NCBI GenBank assembly: GCA_013239625.1
Contig: MU053557.1
Coordinates: forward strand, 5,157,842-5,221,841
Length of the DNA stretch: 64,000 nucleotides
Direction: 5' to 3'
Source: Lama guanicoe
Taxonomy: Eukaryota
The notes below the pieces were generated by a model that searched no databases, was not told the DNA's origin, and worked only from the letters and a program-made list of their open reading frames with translations. Shown here in pieces: positions 1 through 12,190 of this stretch. Each line of letters begins with the position of its first letter. Within the stretch, counting starts at the first letter, position 1. The position numbers and the translations under genes are program-made.

Positions 1-19
1 AGGCAGCCCTGGGGTTTGT

Positions 20-48
<29 letters not shown>
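20..48. repeat. (GT)n microsatellite
   Basis: About 14 perfect TG units. Confidence 0.95.
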
Positions 49-52
<4 letters not shown>

Positions 53-134
53 GTTAAAGCCTGGGGGATAAGGTGAGAGGGAAAGTGAGACTTCCTTGGA
101 TGAGGAGGTGAGATGGTTACCAGGGAATGGGGTT

Positions 135-770
135 TATTCATTTACTGTCCAATTGTTACTTTTATTAAGCACTTACTATGTGCTGAGTTCTAGGGACACA
201 GTGGTGAGCACTAATAAAATGCCCATGCAAGTAAATGTTTAATTACCAACTGTGATAAGCTTTGAAGGCTCAGGACCTGTAGAAGGCTGTGAGGGGGTAC
301 AACAGGGCTCCTCGTGTGGTCTGCATGGGTCAAGGAAAGCTCCCTCGAGGAGGTGAAGAGTAAAGGATATATATAAGATAACCAGGTGGAGCATCTATGT
401 TCAGGATGATGTTCCAGGCAGAGGGAACAGCATGTGCAAAGGTCCTGTGTGGGGAGAGATCCTGGCAAGAGCCAAGGGTGGAGAGACCAGTGAGGTCAAA
501 AGTTGGGTAGGAGGTAGGTTAATACTGTGAAACGATACTGGACAGGTAGGCAGAAGCCAGATCACACAGAACCTTACAGGCCTCGGGAAGGGTTCTGCTC
601 TTTGCCCCACAGGAATCGAGGGCAAGCAGGGTCTTAAACAGGGTCCACTAGGGTCAGATCTGCATCTCAAGAATTTCACTGTGGCTGCTGGGTATCCAGC
701 ATCCTAGAGGGAGTGGAGTAGAAGCAGGACGCCATGGCTGCCAGAAAGATGTGAGTTGCTGGTGGTGTGG
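135..770. mobile_element. L2 LINE fossil (approximate bounds)
   Basis: Typical L2 3' motifs: aagcacttactatgtgct, ttccaggcagagggaacagcatgtgcaaaggtcctg, atcacacagaacctt. Confidence 0.7.
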
Positions 771-1739
771 ACTGGGTCATTCAGAACTTGAAGTGTTAAC
801 GCAGTGATTGGGCATAGAGGAGGATCTGGAAGCCCAGAGGCCTTCATCTCTTCCAGCAAGTGCTTCAGGTCTCCTGTGTAATAATCTCAGGAACAGCCAT
901 TATCTTTTGAGCACTTACTTTGCACCAGACACAATGCAAGCCCTTCTCATTAAATCCTCATAAGAACCCTAAGCCTATGATTATCCCCCATGTTACTGAG
1001 GCTCAGAGAGGTTAACTCACTCAGCCACAGGCACACAGCTCAGCCCCCAACTGTTCAGCTGCTCTAGGTTGACAGTCCCCTAGAAGGGTGTCTTCCAGTC
1101 AAATTTGACCCTTCTCAAGGCTCAGCCTGAGCCCCTGCCTCCTGTGCTGGTTGCTCCAGTGACCCTCAGCGCACGTCCACCCTGACCGTAAGAACTAGTT
1201 CAGAGCTGGGCTGGAAAAGCATTGTCTCATGTGACACAAGGGGACACAGCCCAGTGGCCCTTGCTCCCCCATTCCTCCCAGCCCTCTGGCTTCTGACGTG
1301 AGCTGAAACGGCTGGGTCTCTGGGTTTCACATGTCGCCTGCCTCCTGGGGATTCAGATGATCTCTGCCACTTGTTTTTATTTTGCCTCTTTATTTCCTCC
1401 CTTCTCTTCCTTTCCCTTTGCTCCCACCCTGTCCCCATCTGTTGCTGCCCCATGGGGGTCTTTCCCTCCCCTCCCACATGTGCAGGCAGGACTTGAAATG
1501 GACGCAGAGGCCTTCTGCCTTTGGGCCTTTCAGGAAGGAAAGAAACTAGCAATTTGGGCAGCTGTTACCTGCCAGGCACTCGGCTAGGCCGTTGGCTTGT
1601 GTGGTCTTACGTAACGCTCGCAGCAGTCCCGTGAGGTGTACACATCGTTAGCTCTGCTCTGCAGATGGGGGCTCGAAGGATTTAGGTGCTGGACCCAAGG
1701 TTACATGTTACAAGTGGTCTTCTGGTTTAAAATTTTTTT

Positions 1740-1897
1740 GCTTCCCAAACCTTAATGTGCATATGAATAACCTAGGGATCTTATTAAAATACAGATTCTG
1801 ATTCAGAAGATCTTGGGATTCAGTGTGAGACTGCAGAATTTAACAAGCTCTAAGCCAGGCTCATGCTGCTGGTCTGTGGACCACACCTTGAGTAGCA
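1740..1897. mobile_element. MER5-like hAT-Charlie MITE
   Basis: gcatatgaataacctagggatcttattaaaatacagattctgattcag...ccacaccttgagtagc. Related copies lie near 14970-15080, 33176-33345 and 54620-54770. Confidence 0.7.
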
Positions 1898-4399
1898 GAG
1901 TGAGGGACTAGCACATCTCCCACGGGCCCTCCCATGACGCCATCAAAGACACGCATCACGTGACATATCCCTCAATGCTCGCCACCTCCACCTCCATCTT
2001 TCCCCCTTATTAGGAATTACCAGTAGGGCACTTGAGGCTTTCCTACTATGCCCAGGATGTCACAGCCTGACCCTGCGTGTCCCAAAGCTGCATTTGATTG
2101 ACCATGGACCCCAGACTGGCCAGTTTTGGAATTTAGGGAAACTGAGGCTCAGAGAAGTAGAGGGACTTATCCAAGATCTCATGCCAGTGGTGCCAAGAGT
2201 TCAAGGTTGTGGCTCCTCATCAGTGCTCCTTAGCTTCCTTCAACTAATTAGTGCTCCCTGTTTTCCTTCAACTAAGTCAGAGGTCTTGGGGTTCTAGTCC
2301 TGTTCCTCTCTTTAACTTGCTCTGTGACTTTAGGCAAGTTACTTCCCCTCTCTGAACCTCAGCTTCCCCATTGGAAAAATGGCTTAACCTCTGCCCTCTT
2401 ATGCAGATCAAATGGGAGAATATCTGTTTTACAGAATAAAGGATTTTTATGAGCCCCAAGACCCCCAATCCTAGCAGGGTGGGAGAAACACAGGAGGTTA
2501 GAGATGTGGGTTCAGGTGGCACCGACTCACCACAGGGATGGCGGGAACTTCACTCTGCAAAAGATCTCACTATTCTCTCTTGGAGAGCTCTTCACTTCCT
2601 GCCTGTTTCCTGTCAGGCTTGGGGGATAGTCAAACATTGTCAGATGGCTTCCCTTTTGTAGTTCAGGTGCCAATTATTGCACTGTTAGGGCACTAGCCCA
2701 GGTTGGGCAGCCCTTGGCAATACCACCCCGTGGGACACCTCCTTGTTACTTGAGAAGAAGCAGGTGGAAATGTATGCTTTGTCTGACACAAATTCGCTTT
2801 AAGTGCCTGGTGAGGCAGGCAGCTTCACCTATGGCTGGAAGAAGCCAGTGCCTGGGGCATGGGGGACACGAGTAAAATGGACCCTTGCTGACCACATGAC
2901 CAGGGAGAGCCTGCTGGGGCCGGAGAGAATCTGTTTCCCACCAGCTTTATCTGGGAGCCCATGGGTCTGGATTTCTCATCATCTGACCACTGTGAAATTT
3001 ATTTCCTTAAGGGAATAGACGGATGTGGAAGGACGACCCCCTCACCCCCCCCCCCCAGGAAAGGCGGGTTCATGAGAGTGAGACCTTGCAGGCCTCACAA
3101 CAGTGTGAAGCAGAGATGCCTAAACTGACCTTGGGAAACAAGAGCTCGACTCGCCGCCCCACCTCCACCCATCCCACAAAGTTAGTGAGCGCCTGCTCTG
3201 TGCCAGACGCTGTTCCAGGTGCTGGGATTCAGAAGAGGACAAGCCAGGATCACTGCCTTCGTGCAGCTCGTATTCCAGTGGGACAGGCGGGGAGACAGAC
3301 ACCCCCTGGGTTCCTGGTGTGAATAACACAGGGGAATGTGATCCTTAGTGAGCCGGGGGATGAGTGTTGGGGAAAGCCTCCCTCACTGAGCCCTGGTGCT
3401 GGATAAATGGCCTCGGACATGGTGCGGGGTATCCCAGGTGGAGGGCCCAGGCCAAGAGGGCTTTGTTCCAGGAGAAGCAGACCACTGTGTCTGTGGCACG
3501 GGGAGGTAGGAGAGCCCAGGAAATGCCGGGAGAGGAGGCAGGCCCAGTGAGGACTTGGGGTTTTTGTCGAGGGCTGTGAGACGTCAAGGAAGGCTTTAAG
3601 CAGAAGAGTTACGACCACCGTGAGTCTCGGCTGTGCTCCAGCCCCCGGGGGACGCTGGGCCAGCCCCACCTGTGGCTCTCGTCTCTGTGGTCTACACAGC
3701 AGCCTGTTACCTGGGCTCCCTGGGCCCATAAAGACTCGCAAATGTTCATATTCTGCTCAGGAAAGCATGTTACCTCCCTGAGTTCCAGCTTCTTCAGCTG
3801 TAAAGTGGGGAAATGGGGGACTACCTACTGCTGGACGCTGAGTGGTGGGCACCCCCTACTTGGGAAGTGGCTTCTTAGTCTGAGGAGTCAAATGAACCCC
3901 GTAAAGCCTTTAAATTGCTGATGCAGTAGCGGGTATGAATAATAGGGACGGGGCTGTGGGTGTGGGAATATATAGAGGTCGTGTGCAGAATATGTCACTG
4001 TATTTCTTTTTTAAAATTTAATTTAATTTTATTAAAGAAATTTTTTTTGTCACTGTATTTCTAGGATTGTAAGAAAGAGACAGAAACTTGGCTTTTTCTG
4101 TATTTGGTTTTTGCCAAGCTCATAATGTTGAAGTCATTTAGGTTAAATAGGAGTAAGATGGGTTGCCACTGTATGATTTTTAGTTAATAAAAATAGAAAA
4201 GCTAATTAATTAACTGCCCCGTAATACCTCCCACTTCAAAGCCCAGGGTGCTGGCGGGCTGTGGGGGTGGAGAGCGCGCAGGGAGTTCCCCAGGGAGCCC
4301 AGCGTGGGAACCACAGGACCAGATGGGCTGTGGGGCCCCTCCCGGCTCCCCTCCCACGCTGTGCGGCAGCCCCAGCAGGGGCAGTGGTGGGTTGAGCAG

Positions 4400-4410
4400 T
4401 GCTGAGTCAT
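4400..4410. promoter_or_regulatory. ARE/MARE-AP-1 composite site
   Basis: TGCTGAGTCAT is an exact CNC-sMaf (NRF2/NFE2/BACH) consensus. Confidence 0.5.
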
Positions 4411-6786
4411 CTCTCCCTCGGTGGGTTGTGCGGATTGGCTGGCAAGCCGAGGCTGGTATATTGGTGCCTGAGCCCTGGCTTGGCTTCTTGGGGAGCTGAC
4501 TTCAGCCCTGTCCACTGAGCTGGGGGATCCTCAGCTCCCCTCTGCTCCTCCATCCACCCCGCAGTCCCCTCTCTGCTCACAACCCCCAGGAGCCAGCCAC
4601 CTCAGGGCTGCCCTTCTGGAGCGAGAGTGATGCCCCACGGGCTCCCTGGCATGACGGCACGACTGCAGTCAGGCCCGGGCAGCTTTGTGCTGAAGATGTG
4701 AGCTGGCACCTTGCTGGCCCGAGGAGCGTGACATTTCCTCAGATGCCACGAAGGGGCTGCCTGACCTTCACTCTCCTGCCAGGACCCCCTTTCTGCCTCT
4801 TTCTGGGTTATATATAACAGTGTTAACAGGCAAAAGGGCTTATCAGCCGAGCCCTGGCCCAGCTCCCTCGGTGTCTCCTGCCAGCCACGACAAGAGACGC
4901 ATAAATAGAACCAAAGACCGTGGACACCGTAGGACCCCCGAGAACATCTCCAGACAGAGTGTGCCGGGCATTTTATTTTAGGTCTTTGGGACTTTTTAAA
5001 ATTTATTTTTATTTTATTGTGCTAAAATGTTCATAACCTAACATTGGCCATTTTTCAGTGTGCATTTCTGTGGCATTAAATACATTTACAACATTGTACA
5101 AACATCACCATTATCCATTTGGAGGTACTTCATCTTATACCTGAGGATGACTGTCACAAGTCGGTCCCTCCTCCCCTGCCCTCAGGCGCGTTTGGATTTT
5201 GAGGGAACCCCACAAGTTGTGCCTGCTAGGTTATGATCCCACAGCGTGATTAGGCAGCCAGGGGTCAGGCCTTTCAGCTGTGTGGAATGGGCACTTCCTA
5301 AGGCTAGCTGTAGCCCTCTGCCTGCCTTCCCACTCAGGGTAGGTGTCGGAATAGGAGGGGATGTCCTTCTTGCGGGGAGAACCGTGAATCTGCTCTAATC
5401 GCTCTTCTTAAGCAAAATCTGTTCATTTAACAAGCTTCACTTCTTTGATTATAAATCAGGCAAGCGTGTTGCAGCATACCTCAAAACTGAATGCCGCTCA
5501 CCCCTCTGTTGGACTATTTGGTGCCTTTGTAATGACAGTTCTTCATGTACAGACAGCGCTTTTGAGTTTCCCAAACACTTTCCCAACCCAAATACTCACT
5601 GGACAGGGCTGGGACAGTTCCACAGCAACAGGAGGGTTGTGGGCTCCATTGTAGAGATGTGGAAACTGAGGCCCCAGATTGAAGGGATCTGGGGATGAGA
5701 TCTGGTCTCATTTTAGTCACCTGCACATACGGTAACTCACCATCTCATTCCACTCAGGCAGGAATTAGGGTAAGACAAAGGAGACATTTGGCTTAAGAAT
5801 AGAATTTAAGGAGAGGCCAAGAAACCCAGTAATCAAGATAACTTGTATCTTAATGCAACATTTAAAACTGTAATAATCGATGCCAAAATACACATTTTGA
5901 ACATAATACCAAATCTTTAAATAAAGGCAGGAAGAATGTTGTGCAGAGCCAAGTAGGCACCTGAAGCAAAGGGAAAAATCAGGACCATTGACCCTCTTTT
6001 TATGTAGAATTTGGACATTTTGCTCATCATGGATTTTTTTGGCATTCGTTTTGATCATTTTCATACTGTTGCATTAAATATGACCTGTCTTGATTGTTGA
6101 GGTTTTTGGCGCCCAAGGCGAGTGCCTCATCCCGGCCTTGATTCCACCTTCCAGTGTCTGTGCATGACTGACAGAGGACCCCATCCCGTGTCCCCAGGCT
6201 TCAAGTTGTCGTATGCCAAGGCCTTTCAACCACTGCAAAGGGTGGCATTTGATCCCTGCCGTCTATTTTTGTGCCTGCCCTTCAGCGCCTGATAAAATAC
6301 AGCTCTGGGTAGAGCTGATGTGTTGAAATGGTGAGTGTCAATGTCAGGTGGTTTGTGTGATCGTATATCTTCATTCTTGACCTCTCGAAGGGGCCTGGAA
6401 CCAGGGAAGAAAAGGCGCTCTCGGCACTTTTGCCCGCACAGAGTTGGACAGAAGTTGAAATCGTTATCTGCTAACTGAGGCTTCCAAGCAATTCGGCCTT
6501 GTCTTGGGACTGTACAGAAAAAATGTCCATGTTGCATTCTCTTGCTCTTGTGCACTGCCCTTTACAGTTTACAGGGTGCTTCCACCTTGATCTCATTTTG
6601 TTTCTTGAGCACCTTCTATGTGCTGGGCATTGTGCTAGGGAAACAGCAGGGAACAAGACAGACATTGTCTCTCCTTACTCCTAGTTGGGAGGGGGTGGGG
6701 ACAATATACAAGTAGATAAATGAAAAATGGGGAAGAGTTCTGGAGAAGGATGCTGGTGAGGGTTGCACAACAGTGTGAATATTCTT

Positions 6787-6903
6787 TTTTTTTTAACATT
6801 TTTTATTGATTTATAATCATTTTACAATGTGTCAAATTCCAGTGTAGAGCACAATTTTTCAGTTATACACGAACATATATCTATTCATTGTCACATTTAC
6901 AAC
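6787..6903 (-). mobile_element. 5'-truncated L1 3' tail inserted in an older L1M fragment, with a 12-bp TSD
   Basis: Poly-T followed by aacattttttattgatttataatc..., flanked by GTGAATATTCTT at 6775-6786 and 6904-6915. Host L1M-like sequence spans about 6735-6990. Confidence 0.75.
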
Positions 6904-9900
6904 GTGAATATTCTTAATGCCACAGAAATGCACAGTTAAAAGTGGTTAAAATGGGAGATTTCTTATTATGTGTATTTTACTATAATTTAAAATAATACCA
7001 CAGAAAATGGGGGAGGGGATGTCAGAGAATGAAAAGTGCTCATTGAGGGACTTAGCAGCAAGTGATGGGTAAGAGGGAGAGGGGCAGCCACTTTAGGTTA
7101 CAGGGGTCTGGAAGGCCCTGTGTGAGAGGGACATTTAATCTGGGATGGGCTGATAAGAAAGGACCAGCCATGCGCAGAAGAGAGAGGAGGATTTGCAGGC
7201 CGAGGGAGCTGCCAGCACAGAGGCCCCAGGGTGGAAACTCAAGCCGAACAACGTCTCCCTGAGGGAGGCTGGTCTTTGGAGATGCAAAGAGGCTAGGGGA
7301 GTCCCTGCAGCTCACAAGTGTCAGCTCACAAGGGCCAGCTCTGCCTCAACCAGTCTTAACAACAAGTTCCCGCTTCCTGCGCGCGCTTCGCAGTTTTCAA
7401 AGCATTTTTCCTACCACACTCCTTTGAATTCAAGAGGCCCTTGAATTCAAGTGCTTAAAATTGACTGGAATTACAAGCAAACACAATGTGTGTGTGACGC
7501 TGCCCCTGAAATTCCGTCACTCACTTTCTCACTGGCGTCACAGAATATACTTCAACTTTTTACTGTTTTAAAATAAAAAACGAAACACGCATCACCTCCC
7601 CAGGCCTGGGGCAGCCTGTGCCGGCTGAAAGGTGGCCCCTGACAGGTGCCAGGATCTCTGCAGCCGCAGTGGGGATGGGGTGGGCGTCACTGGTGGCGCC
7701 TTCTGAGACCTCAGGGCCTGGAAAGGGGAGTCTGGGGCTCTGCACAGCCACCTGCCAGGACATCCAGGAGCTGCTCCACCCCAGGTAACCTCTCTTGGGC
7801 ACAATCCCTAAGTTCTTCAGAGATATCTGCTGGATAAGGAACTGCTTGCAAGTAACAGAGAAGAAAGGTGATGACTGAGTAAGATGACACCTGCCGCAGG
7901 AGAGATTTTCTCCCTCAATTTCCTTATCTGCAGAATAAGAGCGTCATCTCAAGAAGTATTTTAACAGGCTCTTACAGTGTCTAACCCCCTGGTTCCGTGT
8001 TCTGGTAGTCCATTGTAAAGATTTATTTCCTGTGCTATGCAGGCTGCAATCCATGTACAGTAGTCACCTTATCTCATGTAGGGTGGGAATTACAGCTGGG
8101 GGTGGAGGGGGTGTGGAGGGCTGGGGAGAGGAGTTCCTAGAGAAAAGTTAGTGAAAGCACTGAATCATAAAACATAACACCTAGCACTGTGTTTTAATGA
8201 AGCCACATGGTATGTACGTTCCTGTTGCCAGTCTTTTGCTGTAAGATGGCTGGTGCTGCCGGCACTGAAACCCCAAGCTCTCTCTCCTGCATGGTCCACA
8301 CCCCCAGTGCCAGGGCTCCTATTTCCAGATGGGGGATTCATTCCATTGGATTAAGAATTTAGACTCTCGTCAAGCAGTCTAAGTGCAGAATCCCTCAGGT
8401 TCTTGCTGACGTCTTCCTTCTCTTTTACCATTAGCTCACCCACATGTAATTTGACAGCAGGGTTTTGGTTTTGTGTGTTTTTTTTTAAGCAACTTGACTT
8501 TTTTTAATCCTTCCACAGCCTTCTGCTTAGTATCCATTGCAGTCTTTTCTTTTGCGCTTCATGTTTTTTGTTTATAAACCATTTCATTAAAGTTTGTGAT
8601 TATAGTAACAGCCGCGGAGGCAGCTGTGTGGATGACCTGGAGGGTCATCTCTGAGGCTCTGGGCGCCTTGGGCCTTAGCGATGGGCATTGTTACAGGAGG
8701 AGATGGAGAGTTTTGGCTGACCCTGCTGGCTGGTTAGAGGAACGTCTGTTGTACCAAAGACCTGAAAGGGCCTGGTTAGGAAGAGGTTTGCTGGCAAGTA
8801 ACAGAAAACCACCTAAAATGACAAAAAATTCAACAAGCTCCAAGTCGAGTCCTCCCTCACATCCTGAGGCAGGTGTCCCAGGGCCGACTGGCACATCACA
8901 GTATCAGGAACCCAACTTCCTCCATCCTCTTGTCCCACCTACTGCACAGAGCTGCCGTCCCATGGTCACTGGCAACTGGTCGTCCTCCCTGGTTGGCTGG
9001 GTGTGGCCTGGCCTTGTAGCCCAGTTCTGAGTGCTGGACCCATTTTGCTCTCTGGGCTGGAGGACCCACTCTCGCCAGACCTGGTGACCTTCTGTCAGAC
9101 GGATCACCTTACACCAGGCGCTGAGCAGGCAGCTGCCTGACTGGGGCTCGGGGCTCCACTGCAAAGGGCCGAGCATCACTGAGTTTGTGCTCAGCGGACC
9201 TGGGGCCAACGCTTCTGTGTGGAAGGCACCTCAGATGACCTTTTGAGGTGCTTAGCCTTGAGTGTTTTGGGGAGAGATCCTTTCAATCGTCAGATTTATC
9301 TCTAAGCTCAGGGTGTTTTGTTCTTTCAGGCTGAGCTCAGAGTCCCTGCATTTTCTACTTATTCTTGCTAGAGCTTAACTTTGTGTCTGTGACTCCTGAT
9401 CTTATTTCAGAGAATGCTGTAGTATTTCTGTGGGGACTAAAATCAATTACTTTTCCTACTATTCTCCTGGAAGCCTCTTTAGGAGTTTTGTACTAATTTG
9501 AAAGACTATGGGAAGGTTAGACTTTTTTTTTTTTAATGTATGGAGATGAATCAGTCATAACTTTTTCATTGGTAGGTGACAAACTCCAACTGGTATGTAA
9601 TCTGGAAAGGGAACTTATTCACTCACATTACTGTGGAGTACAGGGAATAGACTGGCTTCACACAGCTGGATCCAAGTGTTTAACTTATTTTGGGGGACTG
9701 CATCTCTCTGCTTCTTGGCCCTACATTCCCCATGCCTCTTCATTGTCAGGCAGACTTCCCAAGGAGAGGCAGAGATGGCTGTCAGCCTCTCCACAATTAA
9801 TCAACCAGCCGAGCACCCTTGTCCAAATGCACCAGCAAATTCCTGGTGTTCACTCTGATCCACGCCTGAACCAGTTGCTGTGGTCACTAGGATGAGGCCC

Positions 9901-11849
9901 TTTAATTAGCCAGACTGTGCTTACCTGCACTGTCTGGGTGGACGGGAGGGATGGCTTCCCCAAGAAAAATCAGGGGGCTGCCACCATTAAGAAGGGAAGT
10001 GGGTGGGAGGAGAAAATAGAAAACACTTGTATAATGAAATGGCTTTGCGGGGACTTCCTGAGTACTTACTTTACTTCCTTCCTAGAAGGCAAGTGGAGGC
10101 ACAGGGTCACAGGTCTAGACCAGGCTGGATCTCTTGGGTTAGCAGTGGCTGCTAAGGCTCCGTGCTGAGAAGGCTCAGGGCTCAGCAGGAAGCAGAGCCA
10201 TGACCGGTTAGTGGTATCAGCCATGGTTACGGAGGCGGGAAATGTGACCCCAGTGCCAGGTACCTGCCACCCTGGCAGATCTCCTGGCCAGTCTAGGCAT
10301 TCCTGAGAGTAATTTAAAAGGGATAACTTGCCCCAAACCATCAAATACAACTTCTTGTCGGTGGAAGAGGCTCCACACTGGCAGTAGAGAAGGTGTCCAA
10401 GGTAGACAAGATGGTGGTCCAGAAGTTTGGAGGCCTGGGTGGGGGCCCTGTTCCCTGCCCTCCTGGGCCAGCCCGGAGAGAGCCAGCATGGTCTGGCTGT
10501 TAGGGCAAGATCATTCCTCCCAGAGGAACTACGAGCAGTGTTAATGCTGGACCGGGAGCTGGTGGAGGTTAAAGAACACAGGACTGAGGGAGCCAGTAGG
10601 TTTAGGACTGAGGGGATGGGTCAGAAGATGAGTTCATGAAGCACTGACCCTCTGAGGGGCCCCACTTTCCCATTAGTCAGGTGGGGACATTGACCACTGC
10701 CCAATTCCTGCATCTTAGGAGGGTACCAATGAGACCGTAGCTGTGAATGCCACCTATACATGCTGTATTTGTGACCGCCATTCATGGGGTGTCTGACTCG
10801 TGCCAGGCTCCTGTCCTCTGTCATTTTATCTTTGTAAGAACACTGTGAGGTAGGTTTCTTTTTAATCCCCATTTTGTCAATAGAAACTGAGGCAGCAAAA
10901 GTTAGGTCCTGATCCGAAAGGATTGGTATTAGCCAAGCCAGGCCCAGCCCTTTGTCTTCTTGTCCAGGCCTCTTTCCATGCCAAGAAAGACCTTCTCTCT
11001 GCACCTTTGTCTCCCCCTCTGTCAATCCATTCATTTATTCTACCTAAATGTTCCGCCAAAGTTTATGTGGATCTCAGAAACTAAGTACGTACAGAATTAA
11101 TTGTATCAATACTTGAGCAAGAATGTTCCTTTGGGTCTGTCTGTTTGATGTTCTCTTTTCTGGAGGGGTCAGTGAGCACCAGAGAGGGGAGGTGACCCCT
11201 TGAAGGATGCAGAGTGGCTACGTACGGGCTGGCCCAGCACAGGTTCTATTAGTGCCGCCACCCCTCCCCGCGCCTGCTTCCTTCTACTCAGTAACTCTGA
11301 GAATGTGCTCTGGGCCAGACACTGAGCTAGGCGATTTGCTGATTGTAGTCAGGAAAGTGGAACTGCCAATTTTTCCTGAAGTTGCATTCTTTCTTAACAA
11401 GGAATTGATTTCCGACAAGATACACAGTGAAGCCACTTATGTGAATCTGGACGAAGCACCATTAATCCACTGCCAGGAGCCTTTATCTGCCTGACCTGGG
11501 GCAGCCACAGCCCCTTCAGACCAGGGGTGTGGTGTTGCTGGAGGAATGGATACAGAAGGCTCAGCAGCCAGAGTGGGGGACCCCACGACAGGGATGTAGG
11601 CAGACTTGTGGTGGGGGCCACATGGAGCTGGTGCACACACAGCACATGTGGCCCCAGTCCTGTCCCTGCTCAGCCACAAACTTGGGTCTTTCGCAGACCT
11701 TTTCCAAAGCTCTGTCTCCTCATCTGTAAATGGGAATAAATGGGAACGTTCCTTCTCACTTTCAGAAGCAGGATGTCAGACGATTGCACAGGCTTTGTAG
11801 GAGCGAAGAGACTTGGAGTTTGAATCTCAACTTCACCTTTCTGGGATCC

Positions 11850-12190
11850 TGGGTATTAGGGGTTGAATTGTGTCTGAAAAAAAAAGATATTTTGTAGTCC
11901 TAAACCCCAGTACCTCAGAATGCAACCTTATTTGGAGGTAGGGTCTTTGGAGAGGTCATCAAGTTAAAATGAGGTCAATAGGGTGGCCCCTCATCGAAGG
12001 GGAAATTTGGACACAGACAAGCTCGCATGGAGGGGAGATGCTGGCTGGCAACAGGCGCAGGGAGAAGACAGCCATCCGCAAACCAGCCAGAGAGGCCTCA
12101 GAAGGAGCCACCCCTGCCAGCATCTTGATCTCAGACTGTTGTTGTTCTGTGAGCTGTGTCACGGTGGCACCGGCAAACTGATGCAAGCTA
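11850..12190 (+). mobile_element. MLT1-type (ERVL-MaLR) solo LTR
   Basis: gggttgaattgtgtc...aaaagatat...gtcctaaaccccagtacctcagaatgcaaccttatttgga...gagagaggcctcaga...cttgatctcagact. Confidence 0.8.
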
